A stretch of DNA of 64,000 nt from Eledone cirrhosa (lineage: Eukaryota): contig OZ024742.1 of assembly GCA_964016885.1 (NCBI GenBank), forward strand, positions 253,394,001-253,458,000, read 5' to 3'. The notes below the pieces were generated by a model. The model was given only the letters and a program-made list of their open reading frames with translations, searched no databases and was not told the DNA's origin. Every line of letters begins with the position of its first letter. Positions within the stretch are counted from its first letter, which is position 1. Below, in pieces: positions 54,417 through 64,000 of the stretch. A program made the position numbers and the translations under genes.

Positions 54417-55677
54417 TTCTGCCAGGAGTTGCGACTAGTAGCTAATATCAGCAATGGAAAGACCAATAGAAACATTGTTTCCTTGGTCTGATTTGATAAG
54501 GTCCACTCCACTTGGCAAGCGAGTGAGGTCTGTGATCTTGTCGATTGATCAGAGTGAGTGATGGAAACATATTTATTTAAACATGCATGCTGTAAACAAA
54601 ATAAAAATCACTTTTCAGCAACAAAAGGTGAAAAGTAATATAGAAACGATATTTACACACTGTAAAAAATAAAATCTCTTGCATATGAATTGATCACATT
54701 TAAACAAGAGTTAAAAGATGCGAGTGAGAATCTCTGGTATCAGAAGAGAACAGCTGAAAGAAAAAAGAGTTGTTATATCATCATCATCATCATCATCATA
54801 TAAATATGTGAGTGTGTATGTATATATGTATGTATTAGTATGTATAAGTATGTATGTATGCATATATGTGTATGTGTGTGTATGTGTGTGAGAGAGTATG
54901 TATGTGTTTACACATAACAAAAGTCGAAAAGGAAAAACAACAGAGGAGAACAATAGAATGCAACAATGGTTATATTTGTATGATACTGTGGACAAATAGA
55001 TATATAATAGCAAATAACGAACAATAGTAATAATAAACAAAAGAAACAATTGTTTTTGCACCTGTAACATTTTCCTATTAGTAAACATTTAGTGTACAAT
55101 AGGAAATGGAGCAATGCTATAAGATTGTTCAGTTGCCCAACACAATGATTATAATCAAGAAGTAAATATTAATGGCAGTATCTTTCGTATTCAGTCAACC
55201 ACCCTATACTCATTTGAAATGTGTGTGTGTCCCAATGAAAATGTCCAGCATAATAGGTAGTTACTATAAATAATAGTTGGAAAAATCAGGTAATGTATCT
55301 CTGATGACGGAAAAAGGTGGTGCCACTGAGTAGTTATGCCCCCCTCCCCCCCACACACATTTTAGGTATATATATATTTTTTAAATGATTGACTAGATCC
55401 GACCTCATTCACTTACCAAGCCGAGAGGGGTGGAACTTATCAACACCAACCACATTTACAGTGTGGACTGGGAGCGTTTTACCGTGCTACTTACAAGACC
55501 ACATTACAGTGTGGACAGTGTATTTTTTTTTTGTCGTGACACCTACACAACCTCATTAGTTTGGATATATATATAGTGTAACGGAATTTCATAATAAATA
55601 TCCAAATTTGGTAGACCACTCAATCCAAAGGATGACTTGTATTATACAGTAATATATTATACTAACTGATCATACTT

Positions 55678-55721
55678 CTGGATACATGTGTTTCATTGTC
55701 TTTGTCAAATCTTCACTTCAG
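55678..55721 (-). ncRNA. Degenerate hammerhead ribozyme (pLTR-like remnant beside TA tract)
   Basis: ctgaa gTGAAGA tttgac aaa gacaat GAAA cacatg TA tccag, with core and stem substitutions. Confidence 0.4.
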
Positions 55722-57874
55722 CCATCTTGGAATAAATGTGTTTGTTCCCTTCTCTTTAACAAGAGATCTCTAAAGGAAAGGGTAAGAATTAGGGGTTAGG
55801 TATGTAGTGAAGTGTGTAAAGGTAGGTACGCAATCATTTTGTATAAAATGACAAATAAAAGGAGCTAACTTAGATGATTTGATACAGTGCGAGATAGTGG
55901 GTTAATTAGGGTAAAAGTTGTTTTGAGAATTGTTGGGAAACTATATAGGGTTAAAGCTAATAGAGAGTGAGATGTACAAGAAAGAGGCATGTGAGAGGAG
56001 CAAGGAGGGAAGAGAGCCACATTCAGTGGCTTACTGGGTATTAATTAGATATAAAGAGCTTAAAGAAGCTGAGTGTTTCTAAAGAGAGATGAAAATGTAA
56101 TGAAGTGGCATCTGGTTCCAGTTTCTTAGGATATATTTGGTCTTGTGTGGGTAGTGGTTGATGAAATCTGCTCTCATAGTAAGACAATTATTTGTGTGAT
56201 AAATAAAGTCTAGATATTCCCAGAATCCTCCATTTCACTAAGCTGTGTGTGCTTGTAGATGGCTAGGTATATTAGTGTATGTGACTGTGTATGTTAGTGT
56301 CTGTATATGTGTGTTTGTGTATGATTACACATTTTAGTGTATATATGTTAGTGCTGTGTGTTTGTATTTGAGCATAGTTGAGTATGTAAGATAGTGTATG
56401 TATACGTGTGTATTTTTGTATGACTGTATGTATGTGTGTGTGTCTGTATTTGTATGTGTTTGGGTATGGCTGTTTATGTTAGTGTATGTGTGCGTGCATG
56501 CATACAAGTATATATATATTTATGTTCACATATGTTTGTGTGCGTCTGTGAATATATGTGTGTTTGTGAGTGCATGTGTGTGCATGTGAATGTTTGTGTT
56601 AAAATGTATGTGTTTATGTGTGTGTCTGTGCATGTATATCTTGTGTATATGTTTGTATATATGTGTTCAAATATTTGTTTGTATGAATGAGTGTGATTGT
56701 CAATGTTAGTATATATCTATGTGTGTGTTTGAGTGTGTGTTTGTATGTGTGTTCATCTTGGTGTCTATCTTTGTTTTTGTCTGTTTTTGTATGTATCTAT
56801 GTGGGTGTCTGTGTTTTGTGTTTGTATGCATGTATGAGTTTTTGTGTTTGTTTGTTTGTCTTTGGGTATTTTTGTATGTAGCTATGTTGTTGTCAGTGCT
56901 TGTGTATATGTGTGTGTTTGTGTGTATATGTGTGTGTGTGTGTGTGTTTATGTTTGTGTGTATGTGTGTGTTTGTGTATGTTTGTTGGGAAATTTAGCGT
57001 GAAAGCCATTAAAAACTTATTGATAGTTGTAACCAATGAACTGTTGAAAGAGTTCATATGTTCTGCAGACAGTGACAAACAAATTCAGTATTTATTTTCG
57101 CTCTTTACATTCTGAGTTCAAGTCCTGTTGAGATCAGTTTTAACCCTTTAATGACCGTATATCTAAGGAAATATATTTTCTTCAAATGATTAATGAAGAA
57201 GTTTGATGGCTTTACTATAATGATTAATCATTTCATTAACACAGTGTTCTTTTATAAACTTATCTTGGAGAAGTTTAATTTAAATGTAAACACTGTATTT
57301 CAATTGAGGTTGTTTTCATATTTATAAGGTTCTCATTCCATGTGTTACTATGACGAAAAACAAAATGTTTAGACATCTTTATCTATTGATATTTTTCTGC
57401 TGTTGCTGAAATATATGTATAATTCTATCTATAGCCTTGGGTATTATTTATTATTCATGCTCTGTGAACTTACATTTATGCAATTATTAGATTTTACCAA
57501 ACGTTTTTGTAATTTCTGCTCTAAAAGGCAGAAATGAATTATGTCAGCTGGCTCACTATAAGGGGAGGGGGTTCCTTAAATCACAAACAACAAAAATGAG
57601 TCTTTTTAGAACCCTCAAATGGGTTTAAAGCCTATAAATAGTGATCTACCTTCAGAGTGAAATTAAAACACATGTTGTCGTTTTGAAAGGATAATATTGG
57701 GGAGGGTCATGTTGCCAATAAAATCACACACACTAGTTAATTTCCACTTTAGTTTTATTATTAGTTCATTATGTTATGACTTCGCCACATGACCCTCCCC
57801 AAATATGTAAAAATTCTGTTTCAACACATGATTTTGCATCAAGAATCTTGCAATACATAAATGTTGAAACACAA

Positions 57875-57907
<33 letters not shown>

Positions 57908-58636
57908 CATATATACATAGGTATATTTTCTCACATCATCCAAAGTAACCATAAAAGCCTGAGAAATGGTGAACAGATAAGCTGATATATTATCTCAAAT
58001 AAATTGATCTGTTCAATCATGAATCTAGACTGTAACCAATATAATGTTCTGTAATATTATTATTATCTAAATATATCTATATATAGGTCAAAGAATAGCT
58101 GTGTTTTAAGGAGTTTACATTGCAATCGCATGTTTTTTCTTTTCAAACCCACTACATGGCATTCTGTTGGGATTTTATTACTTATTACACCAACATTGCA
58201 CTTAAACATATATTGAGTACTACCCTGATCTGTAGTCTTCCTAGTCTCCATACCATAAACACTTCATATATGTGTTTGTGTGTGTGTGCGCATGTGAGTG
58301 TGTGTGTGTGTGTGCGCGCGCATGTGTGTGTGTGTGTATGTGTGTTTGTGAGTGTGTGTCCCTGTCTAAATTTGTGTTTGTGCCTGCGAGCGTGTTATGT
58401 AACCTGATATGTTTTAGATAAGGTGTAGCGTGTGCGTTAACTCATCATTAAACAATCATAGAATTGATTGACCTACCACCACTAAGATTAACTTTTCATA
58501 ATAAAATTGTCGAGAAAACAAAAACATAGTTTAGAACTGCAGAAAAATGTTCAAGATAAGAGAGGATGAATTTTATTGTTTTTCTCTCATACTCTCATCA
58601 GATGTTTCTCTCTCTCTCTCTCTCTCCCCCTCTCTC

Positions 58637-58723
<87 letters not shown>

Positions 58724-58724
58724 G

Positions 58725-58817
<93 letters not shown>

Positions 58818-59347
58818 GTCTATATATATATATACATACGTCTATATATATGTGCATGTGTGTGTGTGTGGTTGGTTATTGTTACTATCAAGACAATCTA
58901 GACAATGACCAGCCACTCGTTCATAGATTGCTATTATCTGTTACCCAGTATCCAATCAGTTGTCAACATTACCCATTAACATGTTAACACACTGTGTATG
59001 CTGTGATTTAGATTGTGATTGGCTTTTTTTCAAATCTCGGAGACTTGATGAAATCACATCACCCCCACCACTACAACCTCTGTCTCTAACTCACTCTCTG
59101 TCTCTCACTCTTGCCGTGTTTCTAATATTAGAAAACAAACTATTGGCAGGAATTGAACTGATTTGTTCTCGCTTTTGAAAATCAAACAGGAGTCGTGCAT
59201 AGCAGCATGTTTTCAGGAAATACAGAAAACTGTTACTGCAAAAAGGAAAAAAAAGCAAAGTAAAAATTGTTTCTTTGTCATTAAAAGAAATATTATTCAG
59301 TTGTTCGTTCCAAACGAAATTTTCTGCAGAATCCTCGTGACATTTAC

Positions 59348-59452
59348 CATGTGGATAGATAGAAAGCAATTTCCGGGCATGCGCTCATATTGACATTGAA
59401 ACAGTTTAAAAGCCACATATCCGTGTTTTCTACCAGCCACCATTTTGTATTT
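59348..59452 (-). other. Candidate 105-nt exon or promoter-like unique sequence
   Basis: ctaattttccattttctag| acceptor, G|gtaaat donor and two open frames. No protein recognised. Confidence 0.2.
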
Positions 59453-60189
59453 CTAGAAAATGGAAAATTAGATGGATGAGAAGGAGAGTCAGAAATAAAT
59501 AAATAAATAATAAAAAGAAGTAAATCATTTTTTTTTTAAAAGAAGTTTACAAAATGTCTAGAGAGAAAAAAAGCCGAAAGTAGGAAGAAAAAAATAAACT
59601 GTTTTGATCAAAAATGCTACAATAGATTACTGTGAGAGATAAACATTTTTATCTAATGGGCACGATATAGAACTGGCTTGTTGAATAATACATTTTTTTA
59701 TTTAATTCCTTTTTTAACGTTTTAACATATCAGTTTATTTATTTTTCCCATTTTTGTAGTTTTTGTGGGCATATTCATCTAATAAATGAGAAAAAATCAG
59801 CCTCTCATTTAAGAAACAGTGATTAAATTAGATCAGTGAGAAAGATTGGTTGTGGTTTAGGTTGTTGTAGAGGAATAGACAATAATTACGTGATGACTAA
59901 ATACATGTGGACATAAAAAACACACCATCAGTTACGGTTACACAACATTCACACACACTCGCACACTCTAACACACTATGCACTATCAAATATATAAATA
60001 TGTAAACAAACAAATAGACACACATAAATGAACATATATATTCACACATTCTAGTATACACATATTTTTTCTTTTGTCAGAGGAGAGAGAGAAAAGGTAT
60101 TGTTGCATAGTTTGATCTTTATTCTTATTCATTGATTGTGAATTCTATAAATGTGTCTAAGAGGTACTGGTAGTATGTGTATATATGTG

Positions 60190-60237
<48 letters not shown>

Positions 60238-60540
60238 TACATGTATATATGTATACATATATACATGTATATATATATGTATACATATATACATGTATAT
60301 ATATGTATATATGTAAGCATGTGTAAATATGGTGGCAATTGAAAAATTTGAAAATAGAATTAGAAGCTTTCACTGTATACTGACTACAGAAACAGTCAGA
60401 TATTAGGGCAAATGAACCCCCATAAGGGAAAGAAGTGAGCATTACTATATATATATATATATATATAGTTCAAGGAGACAACAAATAGAGATACCATAAG
60501 TCTTATTAGTTTCATGCTTTATATTGGAAAGAGGAAAGAA

Positions 60541-60576
60541 AGTTCGTTTCGGGCTTAAGCCCTTCTTCAGGAGTAC
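60541..60576 (-). ncRNA. Degenerate minimal PLE-type hammerhead core
   Basis: gtactc CTGAAGA a gggc ttaa gccc GAAA cg. The cleavage site and 3' strand of stem I are lost. Confidence 0.5.
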
Positions 60577-61524
60577 AAAATAGAGACAGGATCACAAAGG
60601 AGAAACAGAAAAAAGGTCGAATTAAATAAAAAATAAAATAAAAAATGAAAAATGTAAACAAAATAAGAGAAACCGATAGGTAGTCTTGGTAATGAGCTGG
60701 AACGCAAAGTGGAGTGCTTGTGTATTAGTGTTGTTATATGTGTGAGTGAAAGTGTATGTTTAATTGTGTGTGTTTTTTTATATTGTGTAAAGTATCAAAG
60801 ATAATGTGTGTATGTGTATAACATGTGGTAGTGGTAGTAAACTTGTATGTTTGAGTGAATGTAAGTTACATGTGTGTGCTGTATATAAGCATGGGAGTGA
60901 TTTTGTGTGTGTAAAGTTTCTGGCAATGTTAGCGTATGTCTGTGAGATGTGTGAATTTGTATGTGTGAGTGTATGAGTAAATTTTAATATGTGTATGTAT
61001 GTTGAAGTTTATAATGTGTATGTTTGTAAGCATGTATTAACAAGTATGTGTCATAGGATAACAGAAGTATGTAGTGTGTGATAGAGAGTGTAAGATAGAG
61101 CAGATTAAAGGAAGATGGTTGGTGCATTGAGGTGAGGGGGAAGATAGGTCTGTAAGGAGAAAATAAGTTGTTGTTCTCTATGCCAGCACGAGTCAGAGTG
61201 TCTGGCAGAATGTGAAAGCCTGAAGACACTGAGGTGGCGTGTGGAGTGGCTGGCAGATCGAAAATGTCAGGAGATTGGAGTTGGGTTGTTGACTTGGATG
61301 TCCCGAAAGTTTTCAGCAAATCAGTTGGCCAGACAATGGCCGGTTTGACCGAGGTAGATGGCTCTGCACAGAGTTCAATGGAGCCCATAGAAAAGGCTGG
61401 TGGAAGTGCAGCTGAAGGAGTCCCTAACCTGGAAAGACTGGTCATTGAGAAGGAAAAGTGTGGTGGTGTGGGAGATAAAGCTGCATGAATCGTAGCATGG
61501 TCAGGAACAGGGGTGTATATATAT

Positions 61525-62043
61525 ATGGAGCAAACATTACAGAGATGGCATCTTTAACCCTATGTTGGTATTAGCTCTGGGGTGGTTTGATTGTCTATTG
61601 ATGTGTAGTTGGTGTAGGTAGTGTAGTGTCTCGTTCAGTTTATATAGTAAGGGTAGGAAAGTTTGTTCTCAAGGTTAGTAATATACCCTAGCCCAGAAAA
61701 CCACCATGACACTTATGGACCATATAAACAATTTTGAGTAAAATGTACACCTTTTAATTATGAGAACCACACCAATACAAGTGGCAGTTGTATTGGTGTG
61801 GTTCTCATAATTAAAAGGTGTACATTTTACTCAAAATTGTTTATATGGTCCATAAGTGTCATGGTGGTTTTCTGGGCTAGGGTATATTACTAACCTTGAG
61901 AACAAACTTTCCTACCCTTACTATATAAACTGAACGAGACACTACACTACCTACACCAACTACACATCAATAGACAATCAAACCACCCCAGAGCTAATAC
62001 CAACATAGGGTTAAATATGCCATCTCTGTAATGTTTGCTCCAT
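61525..62043. repeat. Near-perfect palindrome, 256-bp arms, 7-nt loop
   Basis: 61525-61780 versus 61788-62043; I found one mismatch. Starts in a short (TA)n. Confidence 0.95.
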
Positions 62044-62343
62044 CAGCAGGGGCATTGTTTTTGCTAAGAGGCAGAGCGTTGTCCCCCTAGAGGTCACCCA
62101 ATATTTACGTAAAGACACTCACACTAAAGTACACAACAAACCACTGATACCACTTCAGCATACAGCTAGGTAAATTTCCATACAAACCATCTTAGAGTTG
62201 ACTGATGATTTATTGGGACAGGTCATGGGGAATAAGTAATGAGAGATGAGGTTTAGTGGGGACATGGTCTGACATGAAATAAATGAAATTGAAAGAAGGC
62301 ATTCTATGCTGAAAATTGCTCAGCAACAACAGGCTGCTCTACT

Positions 62344-62451
<108 letters not shown>

Positions 62452-63576
62452 CATTTTATATTTTATACACTCTATATAGATTAATTTATAACACTATCAC
62501 AATATTATAACAACCCTTAATTTATCAACAACATTAATTACCTCCCTTTGTTATTAACCCCCTTTACAACCTCCTGTGTAAACTTATAAAATTAAGTAAC
62601 CTAACAGCTTAATAACGGTTAATACAAACCTTAGAAAAGATAATTTACAGATAAAAAATGCATAAGATAATATACCCACAATAACAACATGGCCAGTAAT
62701 TCGGTGGAATTTACATTTAACAAACAAACACCTATTGACTATAAACGACTTAAAATAATCCCATGGTTAATAGCTGTGAGTAACAAACAACACATGCACA
62801 TAAATACGAACTACAACACAAAAACACTTAAAGGAAAATCACATACCCAACTCTATCTAGTGATTTACATTACGCCTTACATAACACCACACGCCTCTCT
62901 AACAAATTGCACACTATCTTAAATGTTTATAACAAATATAACATGCTTTAACACCCCACACAAAATATGTTTATTTCAACTGCATTATAACTCTTTCCTC
63001 ATACATACCTTATTGACTGTATTAACTCCTGCATTGTACACCAATTGTCCTTGCTTATAACTTCTTTCCCTGTGTTTTTTTTGCTTGTGCTTTTTGCTTT
63101 TACTTATACCTATTACACTTCCAAACAGTGCTGCCTGTAATTGTATTATTTCAAGCGGAACATCTTTTTAACTCCTGAATCTCCGGACCTCAATTCATTC
63201 AGCCTGTCATAAGAAAAATAAAGATAACCACCTGGGGTTGATTGTGATTTCCTTTCAGAAATAGAAATTAAAAGTTTAAACAAAGGCAGGTAATTTAGAA
63301 ATTAGTTAAAAGAAGGTTTTATTTATTTTATTATGAGCAAAGAAGTTAAGATCAAGGGTGGTAACTCTTGCAAGACAATAGTAAAGATTGAGGAAAAATA
63401 ATTTTTTCCAGCTGACTCAACAATCAAAATTCCTTGATATACAAAATAGTCAGTAAATCAAAGTATACTCTCAGACATGTTAGTCAGGTAAGCCATTTAT
63501 TCAGAATATACTTCATTTCATGAGGATAGCGGCTAAAGCAATCAAGTCGCATATTCAGGCAGTGTTTATCTCAAAC

Positions 63577-63771
63577 TGTTTGTATTTATCATTGTTGGGA
63601 TATAAGTATGGCCACTGCATTTGGTCACTTTTCTTGGTGTCACGCCTTCTTAAGTTTGTGTTTACTCTGGATGAAAATGTATTAATTTTCTGCACCATTG
63701 AATGCTTTGTGTCTGCCTCAATGAATTCAATTGTTATCTGCTACATTGCGGCTACAATTTTGATTTATACC
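63577..63771. repeat. Second copy of unclassified repeat at 13905-14102
   Basis: Collinear similarity, followed by the terminal (TA)n tract. Confidence 0.8.
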
Positions 63772-63801
63772 TCATAATAATATTATATATGTATATGTAT
63801 A

Positions 63802-63933
<132 letters not shown>

Positions 63934-63950
63934 CATACATATATATATAC

Positions 63951-64000
<50 letters not shown>

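Noticed and set aside
60984-61445. 153-aa ORF as host gene
   Set aside because: Low-complexity S/P/T sequence with no motif, lying upstream of a PLE-type HHR remnant. Probably TE-derived.

Overview
This is AT-rich, microsatellite-saturated animal DNA. The SINE types and the (TA)n/(TG)n/(TACA)n/(TAA)n load suggest an octopus or other coleoid cephalopod, which is an inference. I found no recognisable intact host gene, and most listed ORFs are microsatellite artefacts. The window is a nested transposon graveyard: two mariner remnants, RTE-type LINE fragments, two Tx1-like LINEs in opposite orientation, about ten R4/Dong-like (RLE) LINE pieces, two SINE families, a 50-bp minisatellite and at least four Penelope-like element (PLE) GIY-YIG copies, one with most of its RT. 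The most striking signal is non-coding. About eight plausible and several degenerate hammerhead ribozyme (HHR) motifs, folded by eye, sit in (TA)n-flanked modules with long inverted repeats and partial tandem repeats. Four of these modules are ~450-630-nt non-coding units built like retrozymes or non-autonomous PLE derivatives. Each retroelement class also appears to occupy its own microsatellite type. Element boundaries are approximate.
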